The notes beneath the pieces are model-generated. The model ran no database searches. It saw only the letters and a program-made list of their open reading frames with translations, and was not told the DNA's origin. From Octopus vulgaris (Eukaryota), in NCBI GenBank assembly GCA_951406725.2, contig OX597818.1, positions 101,494,001 to 101,558,000 on the forward strand: a stretch of DNA of 64,000 nt, read 5' to 3'. How positions within the stretch are numbered: the first letter of the stretch is position 1; every line of letters starts with the position of its first letter. Below, piece after piece: positions 1 through 14,125 of this stretch. Both the position numbers and the translations under genes were made by a program.

Positions 1-1023
1 CATCAACTGCATGAAAGATATAAATTCATACAAATTTTAACGTTCATTTTCTATCCTAATCTGCGTGATATTCAGCATACGATAGTGCGAAAATGCCTTA
101 AATATATTTTGACAATACAAATGGATAATTGATTAAAAGCTACCGACGTAAAAACAAATACAGTGGTAACAATCTCTCGTCAGGCAAGTACTTCAGCCCT
201 TTACGTCTTCCAAACTAGTGAGGAAGATCTGCAAATAAATCATGATTCCTGAGTGCGCTACTACTGATATACTCTATTATGAAATCGGAGATTCGTTCAT
301 CCCCTGTGCAGTATTTTTCATTCCATCTGGCCTGGCAAATTAAGCAATCATGGTTCCCACTTTGCCAGAATAGACAGATATAGGAACCTGCTCTTTACAA
401 GTAAACCTTAGCTAGGACAACACACATACATGCATACAAATATACGCACACACATAATAGCTACAAGTGTTAAATATAACTGATCCTCATCTAAAAGACA
501 ACACACTTCTATGTGCTTAGGAAAATTACAACAGTATGCTTAATGTTGTATGGTTTCCACCAGTATTCCTTTCAATGTAAAAATCAATTAATATTATTTT
601 TTGAACTTTGTTAATGTATAGCTTACATGAAATTAAACACAACACACCTTGCAATCTTCAATAATTATACTGCTTATTTATAAAAAGGAATCGTTAACTC
701 TAAAACTCGCATCACTAACGTATATCTGTAATATCGTTTAAATTTTTTAGCCTAGCATTTATGTGCAGTAAGCATGTTGATTCTTACTTTAATATAACTT
801 CCACTGAGAATTTACAAATTTTTTCTGAGAATAAGTAATCTGTGAAATTTAACATTTACAAACCTATTAAAATTAAACGATGATATGTTGAAGCATATCT
901 ACATAATCTACATATGTCCAACAAATACCTTTGCGTTTTAAAGAAAGAGCTGGCAGAACAAATCTGATGTGACTCTAATCTAGGTGTTTGCATGTATGTA
1001 TATAAAATGAAAATGCAACCTAC

Positions 1024-1095
1024 CTCATGAAGAAGACTTCCCAAGCGTGTTCCCTGCTCTTAAAGTTTACGAAATGATCGTTTCCACCCGGAAGC
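1024..1095 (-). CDS. Predicted 72-nt symmetric phase-2 exon (LPGGNDHFVNFKSREHAWEVFFMR)
   Basis: Minus strand: acceptor ttatatcacag|, donor AG|gtaggt. Only the phase-2 frame is open, and it joins in frame to the 102-nt exons. Confidence 0.6.
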
Positions 1096-3071
1096 CTGTG
1101 ATATAATTAGTATGAGTAGAAATTACGTTAGCTTCGTAGAATGATTAGATATTGTATATATTACCAATTTGATGTCAAGAAAAATAAAATAATAATAAAT
1201 CTCAGAGCGAGTTATAAACAGTAGCTACAACACATTGTGACGTACATCTGTCATTTAAATATGGCTAACACCTAAGATTGGATGCTAATGTAGTGTGTAG
1301 CCCCAGGAGGACACCTCCTACAGCTGGCCATAGAGACAAGTTATGTGCCCTATCAGTGTTTGCAAAGGGAAGCCATCCTTCCTGTCTTAAACTTATGATA
1401 CACACGGACTCGTGTGGATTTTGTAACCCATAATCCAAGTTCCGACATTTTAGGAGTAATCATGTTCAATATATCTATACAACTATCAATATAAAATGTC
1501 CAACTTCATATTCAGAGTTATTTTACTTTATCTACGCTTGTGAATATTGAAATTTTTTTTAAATCACAAATATCTTCCCGCATATTGATATCTTGAAGTT
1601 ATTTCGTTACCATGATTTTTCGCCAAAACACGCTGACCGTATTTTAAATGGTTTGAAAATGATGTAAAATATAGAAAAAAAGAATAGGAATAGTGCATAT
1701 AACCTACATTAACAGGTAATTTTCATGGAAGGATAAATCTGTAGCACTTTCAAAATGGAGTGGGTATCAAAAAAGTAAAAACGTTATTTGGAGGCTTTTT
1801 ATCAAAAAAGGCATTTCAAATGAAAGAGCTCGGAAAAAATTCATATTGTTTTTATATCCTTTTAATGGTTTCGGCAATAGGGCTGAGGCCATGCTGGAGC
1901 ACCAGCCTAATTTTCTATCAGTATTTAACGCCTTATGCTTGGAGGTTATGATTGAGCTGAACATCTCTCAGTGTATCCATGGACGATGGGCTGCTCCGGT
2001 AATGTCGTTACGCCTTTATTCAATACGTGCTTTTTTTTTTTAAAGATTTCCATTAGGGATTCGTTCTATATTTACATTTCTGATCTGTAGGTTTTGCCTA
2101 CTTTGAAAACTCGAGGAAGGTATAAATGCTAACATTGAAAGTGATTTATTTGAATTACAGAAATAGTTTGAGACAACTGAATAAAGTCTATTTCACACCG
2201 AAATATTTCTTCAGATTTAATTTTTTTAAATATATCGGATTTCTATGACTCCGCAAAACATTGTGCGCAAATATTAATTTTTTTCTGTTCCCCAAATTTT
2301 ATTTAACGATTATTATATCAATAACCTGTAGAACTCATTCTACGTGTTTACAGCAAAATGTTGCCCTATATCCTATATGTGAGGTAAGGCCTTATCTGAA
2401 GACTGTAAGCTTTGATGTCTCTCTAAACACTAAACTTTACCCATGATCCATAACCTACTCTTAAATCCTAACGCTAATCGATTATTTATTTGTGGGTTGA
2501 TTAGCTATCTGCTACGTTTCAATTATATACTTTTGGAAAAAGCAGGAATATCAATAAGTACCACAAGGTCCGTACTTTGAGACGAATTAAACAAAAATTA
2601 CATTTCCCTACTACCAGTCGTGCAATTTTTTTTACCATACTTACTTTCATTGCCCCTTCTTTCCTCCGTCCGGCATATCTGTTCTGATTCTCTTCACTCC
2701 AAATATTACGGTCTTTCCACTCCCTCTCGCCGCCTTATGTTGCTTCTCGCCCTTCGTCTAGATCTCCATTCCACGCTTGCCCGCTTTCATGCTGCTTTTC
2801 CTTAATGATTCGTTTTTCTCTTCCTCAAATTGCTTAAAAATTTAAATCAGTCGCTCTACTATGTGAGCTGGTTTTGCTATTTATTTTCTCTTCAAGACGG
2901 ATATCGTTCTCATGGCAATATATCTTTGCAACTATTGAGTAGGATCATATGCATGACGTTTTGCACATTCCGTCTGATAATTGGGAATATAACGATAGAT
3001 AAATAATATTAAGTTTCTAAGAAATAGCTATTTATTAAAAACATAATGCGTCCTCAACTTCATATTTTAAA

Positions 3072-3151
<80 letters not shown>

Positions 3152-3580
3152 CATAAATAAAAAACTATTTCAATTTGAAAAATACAGAATACGTCATAAT
3201 ATGCACATATACCCAACTTTTATCTTTTTGCATATTTCACTTCACGATTACATCACTGTACATAAATCCCTTCACTAAACAAGGTTTTCGAAAATTGTCT
3301 TTGTCTGTACACATATATATTCTCCGCATTACCGAAAGCTGAACAGTTATCACTCTTACCAACAAAAATAACAATAATAGCGATAACGAATTACATCCCT
3401 GTATTCATCTACTTTTGAATTTCATCACACACAACATGAACAAAATTTCTTCTTAAGAAAAAATACATATTCAAATAAGTAAAATATATGTTCATGAATA
3501 GCGATAGCGAATCCGGTCGATAGATTAAAAATTTTCCTTATTTAATTTCTTATATATATATATATATGCATGTATATACA

Positions 3581-3696
<116 letters not shown>

Positions 3697-3809
3697 CATA
3701 CATACGTACATATATACCATATATATGCATACATACGTACATATATAAGTATATGTATATATATATATATCTAATTATGCATATATATACACACACATAT
3801 ATATATATA

Positions 3810-4315
3810 TATATCTATATTGTATAGAGGGCATTAATACACATAAATGCCTCACACTAAGAGGGACAAAGTCATTACTGCCAAAATTACACTAATCATA
3901 CCTAAATGCAGTTCTTCAAAGCAAGACATTTAAAAAATGAATTTAGTTCTGTTCGTCTTCGCTAGGTAAGGTTGGTGGCTTATTTATGATGTGTTCAGAA
4001 TCAGTTTTGCTGAGGATCATAAGACGTAAGTTAAATGTGAAATCACGGTGATACAGAACTAAATTCATTTTTAAATGTCTTGCTTTGAAGAACTGCATTT
4101 AGGTATGAGTAGTGTAATTTTGGTAGTAATGACTTTGTCCCTCTTAGTGTGAGGCATTTATGTGTATTAATGCCCTCTATACAATATAGATATAATTAAT
4201 TTGTTCAAAAGAAAAAAAATTATTTCGAATTCTTTTCTTTTATGAGGTTTTCACGCTAACTACCTGAAAATTTCTTGTAAAGATTCCTTATTAAGAAGTT
4301 ATCCTTAATTGTTAA

Positions 4316-4322
<7 letters not shown>
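3810..4322 (+). mobile_element. Penelope-like terminal-repeat fragment with inverted duplication, in (TA)n
   Basis: ~140-bp inverted arms (3810-3952 and 4053-4194) with a hammerhead motif in the spacer; flanked by TA repeats. Confidence 0.7.
4003..4060 (+). ncRNA. Type I hammerhead ribozyme
   Basis: Stem I agttttg/cagaact, core CTGAGGA (4010-4016), stem II tcat/atgt, GAAA (4039-4042), near-palindromic stem III tcac-g-gtga, cleavage triplet ATA ending at 4053. Confidence 0.7.
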
Positions 4323-4378
<56 letters not shown>

Positions 4379-4464
4379 CATACGTACATATATACCATAT
4401 ATATGCATATATACGTACATATATATGTATATGTATATATATATATCTAATTATGCATATATAT

Positions 4465-4530
<66 letters not shown>

Positions 4531-5171
4531 GTGCATGTGGGTGTGTGTGTACGAGGGCTAATTATTGAGTATCTGGAATGTTGCCATGGTTACAAACTGA
4601 AACGCGAAAAGTGAAGTCACTTGGCCAAACTCTGCCTGCGAATAAATTTCTTATATTCTTACCATTTTCCGCGTTGTGCAGCAGTGCTTCCATGGCAGGT
4701 GTGTAACATGCGATCGTCGCCTTGCTAATGACAGAGTATCTGCATCATATTTAGGCAAAAGCTTGGCGATATGTGCAAAAAAGTTTCATAGTTATCGATA
4801 GATTAAAGCAGATAATGTGATGATAATGATCTGAACTCAACCGTATATAATCTGGATAACTCGCGTATTGTAATTTTGTGATTTCTCCTCAAAGCTGTAC
4901 GAATGGCTGCGATGTTTTTATCAGTACGGTTGGTTGCGGTTCTTCGAAAACGTTCCACATCATCGACATTTTACGGCCATCTTGGAAACAATCACACATT
5001 ACATCCAAGTATTGCAGTAAACAGCGGAGGTAAGCTAGAACGTAAACCTTAGTGCGGATGCACAGCAGTATTCAGGGACAATATGTACCTATCGGCTTTA
5101 TTCTACGTTCTTTTGCTTCATTACTTTTGCATCATTCCGGATACAAATTCATCAGCCATTATATATATGCC

Positions 5172-6542
5172 GCAAATATCCATCAAGTAAAGAAAATGAT
5201 CGCACATGCACTAGGAGCTAGTATAAGAGTTACTCTAAAAGGCCACACATTTAAATTTAATAATAAAATATATGCACAGGACGAGGGGGCAGCCATCGGT
5301 GTTAGTATCGCTGGTGATGTGGCCAACTTTTTCATGATATGGTGGGACAGAAGGCTTAAAGAACGCCTACTGCAGAAATCCATACTCGTAAACATATACT
5401 CTCGCTATGTTGATGATATCAACATAGTAGTAAAAGCACCCCCACAAGAGAGTAATGTTGATATAATAATAGAAACTAATACTATGGAGAGCATCCAGCA
5501 AATAGCTAACTCCATCCACCAGAGTATTAAGGTCACAATAGACTACCCCACTAAACACCCCAACCATAGACTACCAGTACTAGACACTGAACTCTGGCTA
5601 GAAATTGTGAAAAATAAAACCCAAATCCTTCATTCATACTATGCAAAACCTATGGCCTCAAAATACCTGATCCACCGGAACTCAGCCATTGCGGGCAATG
5701 CCAAATTCAATATTTTGATGGCAGACCTTGTCAGAATAATGAGAAATGTGTCACGAATGTGCGAGCCTACAGAATTAAAGAGACACATACAGAATTTCAT
5801 TCACCACATGCAGTTCTCAGGTTACAGCCATAAAGAAAGGATCAGAGTATACAAAGGAGCCATGACGAAATTTGATAATATATTATGTAATGATAGGAAT
5901 GGGATTTGCCCACTCTATAGGAACAAGTCATGGAACACTATAGAAAGGACAAAAAAGAAAATAGGGAAGGCCAACTCTTGGTATGATAGCCATAAATACC
6001 AGAGTGTCATGTTCGTTGACACCACCCCTGGAGGTGAACTGGCGTACCGCTTTAGAAGGACCCTAGATAAACTTAAACTAAGAATTAAGGTTGTTGAAAA
6101 GCCAGGCAACCCTATCAAATCTATAATCGGTAGAACCTATCCTTTTAGTAGAACCCTCTGTACAGGTAATTATTGCACTGTATGTAGATTTAGCCCACAA
6201 ACAAACTGTAAAGCCAGAAATGTAGTCTATAGTATAAGATGTATAGAGGGACGATGCAGTAACAAGACAGTAACATACGTAGGGGAAACAGCAAGAAGCA
6301 TAGGAGAGCGGGAGAATGAACATTGGAGACAACTCAAGGAAGGTAAAAGCTCATCGATTCTGTACCAACACGCCGAACAGGAACATGGGGGATCAATCAA
6401 TAACATAGAGATTAAGATATTGTCCACACATAGAACAGATGCAACAATTAGACAAATTACAGAAGCTACACATTTAATAGAAAATAAACCTAGCCTGAAT
6501 AGAAAACTAGAATGGAGCAATAGCACACACCACAACATATGA
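5172..6542 (+). CDS. Penelope-like RT (C-terminal part), Cys linker and GIY-YIG endonuclease
   Basis: Motifs [20 protein letters not shown] and YYAKP; [10 protein letters not shown] linker; [20 protein letters not shown]. Confidence 0.9.
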   Translation, partial: ANIHQVKKMIAHALGASIRVTLKGHTFKFNNKIYAQDEGAAIGVSIAGDVANFFMIWWDRRLKERLLQKSILVNIYSRYVDDINIVVKAPPQESNVDIIIETNTMESIQQIANSIHQSIKVTIDYPTKHPNHRLPVLDTELWLEIVKNKTQILHSYYAKPMASKYLIHRNSAIAGNAKFNILMADLVRIMRNVSRMCEPTELKRHIQNFIHHMQFSGYSHKERIRVYKGAMTKFDNILCNDRNGICPLYRNKSWNTIERTKKKIGKANSWYDSHKYQSVMFVDTTPGGELAYRFRRTLDKLKLRIKVVEKPGNPIKSIIGRTYPFSRTLCTGNYCTVCRFSPQTNCKARNVVYSIRCIEGRCSNKTVTYVGETARSIGERENEHWRQLKEGKSSSILYQHAEQEHGGSINNIEIKILSTHRTDATIRQITEATHLIENKPSLNRKLEWSNSTHHNI

Positions 6543-6638
6543 CGATAGAGGATTCCGAAAACATAATAAATACAGAGATAAATAAACAAATAGAAATGAA
6601 TAACTATATATATGTATATATATCTATGTATGTATATG

Positions 6639-6711
<73 letters not shown>

Positions 6712-7300
6712 GTGTATGTATGCGTGTATATGTATATATATATTTTTTTTTTTTCGATTAGATTTATTATTATTATTACTAATATTGTTGTTATACATAC
6801 ATACAAGCATATGTAATGATAATAATGGGTGGATGTAAACACTTGAACAAAATTAGAACAAAAGCAACAACAACAAATTCGAAATACAAATTACATGAAT
6901 GTATATAAACAGAAGATACAAATATTACAGGCATCCCCCACACACACACACTAAATTAGCATAGACGCACATAGAGATATAAGCATGCGCAAATGAAGAC
7001 ACACAATATATATATGAAGACACACAAAATGGCCGACGGTTAGTAAGGAGAGACACAAATAAGTGAGAAGAAACATAGGACCACTGATGCGGTCACAGGA
7101 GTGTAACGAAAGAACTCTGGCCGAAAAAAGATTATGATTAATGTAAAAAATAAATATCAAATAACACCAAAAATAACACCAAATATATAGTGCGTGTGTT
7201 TTTATTGGCTAAACTGGCAATATGATCATTCCGAAATATAACAATATATGTTTCAACAAACGACTTCACATAAAAAATCTGGCACAACAAATATATAAAC
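5172..7300 (+). mobile_element. 5'-truncated Penelope-like retrotransposon (probably Neptune type)
   Basis: Array homology stops at ~5172. An uninterrupted RT + GIY-YIG frame runs to 6542, followed by a 3' region ending at (TA)n. Confidence 0.88.
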
Positions 7301-7350
<50 letters not shown>

Positions 7351-7365
7351 GTGTGTGTGTGTGTT

Positions 7366-7815
7366 TACGAGGGCTGATTATTGAGTATCTGGGCTGTTGC
7401 CATGGTTACAAACTGTAACGCGAAACGTAAAGTCACTTGGCCAAACTCTACAGCACTTGCGCATAAAACTTTAGTATTCTAGCCAATTTCCGCGTTGTGC
7501 AGCAGTGCTTCCATGGCAAGTGTGTAACTTGCGATCGCCGCCTTGTAAATGACAGAGTATGTTGAGCAAACAATCTGCATCAAAGCTTGGCGATATTTGC
7601 AAAAAATATTCATAGTTAATGATAGATTAAAGCAGATAATGTGATGATAATGTGATGATAATGATCTGAACTCAACCGTATATAACCTGCATAACTCGCG
7701 TATTGTGATTTTGTGATTTCCCCTCAAAGCTGTACGCATGGCTGCGATATTTTTGTCAGTACTGTTGGTTGCGGTTCCTAGCATATCGACGTTTTTCGGC
7801 CATCTTTGAAACAAT
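7366..7815. pseudogene. Mariner relic: 5' end and N-terminus on +, inverted HTH fragment on - (repeated in most units)
   Basis: TA-CGAGGG terminus; MTEYVEQTICIK on +; FKDGR..TDKNIAAMR..KITIREL on -. Confidence 0.75.
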
Positions 7816-8250
7816 CACACATTATATCAATTCGACTATCAAACGCCACACACCTTATATCCAAGTAGTGCTGTAAACAGCGGGAGTAAGCTACAGTTTA
7901 AACCTTAGTGCGCATACACAGCAGTATTCGGGTTCAATATGTTCCTATGGGCTTTATTCTAAGTTCTTTTGCTTCATTACTTTTGCAACATTCCGGATAC
8001 AAATTCATCAGCTATCATATATATGCCGTCGAATGGAGAGAACTTGAAATACTCAGAATAGAAAACATGAATGAGTGGTGCAATCATTTCGAATTTAGTT
8101 TCATTGAGGTCTAGACTTACAGGATCGAGAGCAGCGATAAGAGATAATCCAGATGAGCTGATATGGAGATAGTGACACAGATAAGCATGCTTAGTCTTTA
8201 TATAAATACATACAATAACACACATTCACAATGACGCACTCGCACGCATG

Positions 8251-8335
<85 letters not shown>

Positions 8336-8670
8336 TGAGTTTGTGTATGTGTGCGTGCGTGTGTCTCGTATGAGTGTGTGTCCATGCTTGTGTATATATA
8401 TATCGAGAGGATCTCTTAATTTTTAGAAGGGATCGAGACCTGAATATATGTCGTATATCACTGCGGATATTCATTTTCTTTTACATTAGAAACAAATGGG
8501 TAATGTGTTGCATCCTTCAGTATTTGGAACTGCAAATACTGTAAATGTTAAAAACAAAATAATGTCCAACGTTTGCTAAACAAATTTCAAACGTGGAATC
8601 AACGATTCACGGGTACATAGATGTTGCAAAGGGAATATGACAATATCCATTGTAAATGAAGTGTACATAC

Positions 8671-8772
8671 CGAAGATTTGGCGTAGTCCTTATGGTACTT
8701 GTTACCTCATCTTGCAGAATTGTTTTGGTGTCATTTTGAATCTCCTCCGCTGTAGTGGAATTCAGTGCATTA
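8671..8772 (-). CDS. 102-nt repeat exon, copy 6 (NALNSTTAEEIQNDTKTILQDEVTSTIRTTPNLR)
   Basis: Acceptor ttttttctttaatgccag|, donor CG|gtatgt; open only in phase 2. Confidence 0.65.
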
Positions 8773-9059
8773 CTGGCATTAAAGAAAAAAAGGTCGTACA
8801 TTTTATCCATCTTTGCTACAGATACCAGCAGCATAATTAAACAATAATTGCTTTAAACAAAGTATAGATGGTAGATTGTAATTAGCATTGACAATGATTA
8901 GTCACGTACAAAATATAAAACTTAAGTATTTAGAGCAGCAAATATCAAAACCCCACTTTAAAAATTCGTTCAATTTCTATGGATATCGGAAAAATCCATT
9001 CATAATTTTCCTTACAAGTGGTGCTATCAACGCGTTATGTACCTAGGTTTTAACATGAT

Positions 9060-9330
9060 ATACTTCGAGTCACCTTGCGCAGACACACACTGATCCCAGC
9101 GTCTCTGCCACTTTTGGAATTCGACCTGGTATACGTCGTCCGTACGTGTCGAGGACCTTCTGCTATTAACTGTGAATCTCGACAACGGTTTTGAAACGGT
9201 GATCTTTGTTCTACTTTTCATCGAAGTGAATCGATGGAAGCTAGAAGGAGATAAATCTTACAAATGGCATTGTTGAAACAGCGATAACATTTTAGTTTTG
9301 ACCAGAAACTCACGAGACAGAAGTGGTGAA
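9060..9330 (-). pseudogene. Mariner transposase C-terminal relic (repeated in most units)
   Basis: REFLVKTK..DLSPSSF (YSPDLAPSDF-like), KDHRFKTVVEI and FQKWQRRWDQCVSAQGD, with stops and frameshifts. Confidence 0.8.
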
Positions 9331-9676
9331 AAATACAATTCTTTGCACTCCAAAACACGGTCGATTTCGCCGAATGTCCTATTTCAAAACATCGCAATCG
9401 AACCCTCTATTAACAGTTTGGATCAAGGTATCCGTTATCACCCTTACCAACAAAAATAACAATAATAGCGATAACCAATTACATCACTGTACTTGTGAAG
9501 ACATTCACTCGTGAATTTCACCACACACACATGGACAAAATTTCTTCTGAAGAAAAAAATACATATTCAAATTAGTAAAACATAATATCTTGAATAGCGA
9601 TAGCGAAACTTGTCGATATATTAAAAATTATAATAAAACTATGTAATTGTGCGTATTTTCCTTTTTTTAATTTCTT

Positions 9677-9717
<41 letters not shown>

Positions 9718-9760
9718 CTAGTATATATATTTATATATATGTATCTATATACATATATCG

Positions 9761-9814
<54 letters not shown>

Positions 9815-10767
9815 GCATATGCATATATACACAAACATGCATATATATATATTTAAATATATAAATGTACGTGTGTATGTGAGTTTACGAGGGCTGATTA
9901 CTGAGTATTTGGGCTGTTGCCATGGTAACAAACTGTAACGCGGAAAGTGCAGCCATTTGGCAAAACTCTACTGCGCCTGCGCATGAAATTTTAGTATTCT
10001 AGCCAATTTCTGCGTTGTGCAGCAGTGCTTCCATGGCATGTGTGTAACTTCCGATCATCGACTTGTAAATGCCAGAGTATGTTGAGCAAACAATCTGCAT
10101 CAAAGCTTGGCGATATGTGCAAAAAATGTTCATAGTCATCGATAGATTAAAGCAGATAATGTGATGTTAATGATCTGAACTCAACCGGATATAACCTGCA
10201 TAACTCGCGTATTGTGATTTTGTGATTTCCTCTCAAAGCTGTACGCATGGCTGCGATGTTCTTATCAGTACTGTTGGTTGCCGTTCTTTGAAAACGTTCC
10301 ACAATATCGACATCCTTCGGCCATCTTTGTAACAATTACACATTATATCAATTCGACTATCAAACGCCACACACCTTACATAAAAGTAGTGCTGTAAACA
10401 GCGGGAGTAAGCTAGAGTTTAAACCTTAGTGCGCATGCATAGTAGTATTCGGGGTCAATATGTTCCTATGGGCTTTATTCTAAGTTCTTTTGCTTCATTA
10501 CTTTTGCAACATTCCGGATACAAATTCATCAGCCATCATATATAGGCAGTCGAATGTAGAAAACTTGAAAAACTCAGAATAGAAAACATGAATGAGTGGT
10601 GCAATCATTTCAAATTTAACTTAATGGAGGTCTAGACTTACAGGATCGAGGGCAGCTTTAAGAAAAATCCAGATGAGCTGATATTGAGATAGTGACGCAG
10701 ACGAGCACGCTTAGTCTTTATATAAGTTTATACAGCAACACACATACACAATGACGCACTCACACGC

Positions 10768-10827
<60 letters not shown>

Positions 10828-11161
10828 TGAGTGTGTGTATGTGTGCGTGCGTGTGTCTCCGTATGAGTGTGCATCCATGCTTGTGTATATATATCGAGAG
10901 GGTCTCTTAATTTTTAGAAAGAATGGAGACCTAAATATACGTCGTATAACACTATGGAAATTAATTTCTTTTTAATTAGAAACAAATGGATGATGTGTTG
11001 CATCCTTCAGTATTTGGAATTGCAAATACTGTATATAATAAAAACAAAATAATGCCCAACTTTTTGCTAAACAAATTTCAAACGTGGAAACAAAGATTCA
11101 CGGGTACATAGATGTTGCAAAGGGAATATGACAATATCCATTGTAAATGAGGCGTACATAC

Positions 11162-11263
11162 CGAAGCTTTGGAGTTGTACTTATGGTGCTTGTTACCTCA
11201 TCTTGCAGAATTGTTTTGGTGCCATTTTGAATCTCCTCCGCTGTAGTGGAATTCAGTGCATTA
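11162..11263 (-). CDS. 102-nt repeat exon, copy 5 (NALNSTTAEEIQNGTKTILQDEVTSTISTTPKLR)
   Basis: Conserved gccag| and |gtatgt; no stop or indel. Confidence 0.65.
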
Positions 11264-12180
11264 CTGGCATTAACGAAAAAAAGGTCGTACATTTTATCCA
11301 TCATTGCTACAGACACCAGCAGCATAATTAAACAATAATTGCTTTAAACGAAGTATAGATGATAGATTGTAATTAGCATTGACAATGATTAGTCACGTAC
11401 AAAATATAAAACTTAAGTATTTAGAGCAGCAAATATCAAATTCCCACTTTACAAAATTCGTCAATTTCTATGGATATCGGAAAAAATCCATACATAATTT
11501 TCCTTACAAGTGGTGTTATCAACGCGTTATGTACCTAGGTTTTAACATCAAATACTTCGAGTCACCTTGCGCAGAAATACACTGATCCCAGCGACCCTGC
11601 CACATTTGGAATTCGACATGGAATATGTCGTCCATACGTGTCGAGGACCTTCTGCTATTAACTGTGAATCTCAAAAATGGTTTTGAAACGGTGATCTTTA
11701 TTCTACTTTTCATCGAAGGTATTGGATGGCAGTTCGAAGGAGATACATCTTCCAAATGGCAACGATAACAATTTGGTTTTGACGAGAAACTCACAGGTCA
11801 GATGTTGTGAAAAATCCAATTCTTTGCACTCCAATATCACGGTCGATTTTGCCTAATGTCCTATTTCAAAACATCACAATCGAACCCTCGATTAACAGTT
11901 TGGATCAAGGTATCCGATATCACCCTTACCAACAAAAATAACAATAATAGCGATAACCAATTACATCTATGAATTTATCTACTTGATAAGACATTCACTC
12001 GTGAATTTCACCACACACAACATGGACAAAATTTCTTCTGAAGAAAATATACATATTCAAATAAGTGAAACATAATATCATGAATAGCGATAGCGAAACT
12101 TGTCGATATATGAAAAATTATAATAAAACTATGTAATTATGAATGTTTTCCTTTTTTATTTTCTTATATATATATATATT

Positions 12181-12273
<93 letters not shown>

Positions 12274-13041
12274 ATCTAAATACATATATATATATATATA
12301 TGTATATGTATATATACATATATATTTATGCATATGAATATATAGACAAACATACATATATATATATATATATACATGTATGTGTGCGTGTGTGTTTACG
12401 AGGGCTGATTATTGAGTATCTGGGCTGTTGCCATGGTTACAAACTGTAACGCGAAATGTAAAGTCACTTGGCCAAACTCTACTGCGCCTGCGCATAAAAC
12501 TTTAGTATTCTAGCCAATTTCCGCGTTGTGCATTAGTGTTTCATTGAGGTCTAAACATACAGGATCGAGAGCAGCGATAAGAGATAATCCAGATGAGCTG
12601 ATATGGAGATAGTGACACAGATAAGCATGGTTAGTTTTTATATAAATACATACAACACACATACGCAATGACGCACTCACACGCATGTATATATATATAT
12701 ATATTTGTGAGTGTGTGTATGTGTGCGTGCGTGTGTCTCCGTATGAGTGTGTGTCCATGCTTGTGTATATATATCGAGAGGATCTCTTAATTTTTAGAAG
12801 GGATCGAGACCTGAAGATATGTCGTATATCACTGCGGATATTCATTTTCTTTTACATTAGAAACAAATGGGTGATGTGTTGCACCCTTCATGATTTGGAA
12901 TTGCAAATACTGTATATATTAAAACAAAATAATGCCTAACGTTTTGCTAAGCAAATTTGAAACGTGGAAACAACGTTTCACGGGTACATAGATGTTGCAA
13001 AGGGAATATGACAATATCCATTGTAAATGAGGCGTACATAC

Positions 13042-13143
13042 CGAAGCTTTGGAGTTGTCCTTATGGTACTTGTTACCTCATCTTGCAGAATTGTTTTGGT
13101 GTCATTTTGAATCTCCTCCGCTGTAGTTGAATTCAGTGCATTA
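13042..13143 (-). CDS. 102-nt repeat exon, copy 4 (NALNSTTAEEIQNDTKTILQDEVTSTIRTTPKLR)
   Basis: Conserved splice sites; open frame. Confidence 0.65.
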
Positions 13144-13781
13144 CTGGCATTAAAGAAAAAAATTCATACATTTTATCCATCATTGCTACAGACACCAGCA
13201 GCATAACTAAACAATAATTGCTTTAAACAAAGTATAGATGGTAGATTGTAATTAGCATTGACAATGATTAGTCACGTACAAAATTTAAAACTTAAGTATT
13301 TAGAGCAGCAAATATCAAAACCCCACTTTCAAAATTCGTTCAATTTCTATGGATATCGGAAAAATCCATACATAATTTTCCTTACAAGTGGTGCTATCAA
13401 CGCGTTATGTACCTAGGTTTTAACATCATATACTTCGAGTCACCTTGCGCAGAAATATACTGATCCCAGCCTCCCTGCCACTTTTGGAATCCGACCTGGA
13501 ATACGTAATCCGTACGTGTCGAGGACCTTCTGCTATTAACTGTGAATCTCGACAACGGTTTTGAAACGGTGATCTTTGTCCTACTTTTCATCGAAGTGAA
13601 TGGATGGAAGCTCGAAGGAGATAAATCTACCAAATGGCATTGTTGAAACAGCGATAACATTTTGGTTTTGACGAGAAACTCACAGGTCAGATGTGGTGAA
13701 AAAACCGATTCTTTGCACTCGATATATTAAAAATTATAATAAAACTATGTAATTGTGCATATTTTCCTTTTTTAATTTCTT

Positions 13782-13825
<44 letters not shown>

Positions 13826-13844
13826 GCATATCTATATTTACACA

Positions 13845-13913
<69 letters not shown>

Positions 13914-13917
<4 letters not shown>

Positions 13918-14125
13918 CGGGAAGCTTTATGAAAATATACAAAAGACGAAGGCAGGTGGAAAACAAATGAACAATTGTATTAGTATGGCGCTCAGGAAAT
14001 ATAAATAAAACAAGTCTTTAACGTTTCGAGCCTACGCTCTTCAACAGAAAGATACACAGAGAGAAAAAACACAGATAGAAGGAGAGAAAAAATGCGTGCA
14101 GTAGCTAACGAATCAACATGGCGAT
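13914..14125 (-). mobile_element. Short Penelope-type terminal fragment with variant hammerhead-like core (copies at ~18744-18958, ~45673-45792 on +, related ~50090-50230)
   Basis: Minus strand TTGAAGAGCGTAGGCTCGAAACGTT; embedded in (TA)n. Confidence 0.55.

Noticed and set aside
2645-2973. Purine-rich minus-strand segment ending in a GTAAGT donor
   Set aside because: Stops in all three frames; probably a decayed repeat.
3360-3398. 39-nt exon candidate (DVIRYRYYCYFC) in the array units
   Set aside because: The acceptor lacks a pyrimidine tract, and the sites are not conserved in the 11.9, 16.2 and 20.0 kb copies.
5052-5171. N-terminal 40 aa of the 496-aa ORF as a real fusion domain
   Set aside because: GTG-started array sequence that recurs as short ORFs in most units; the in-frame join is probably chance.
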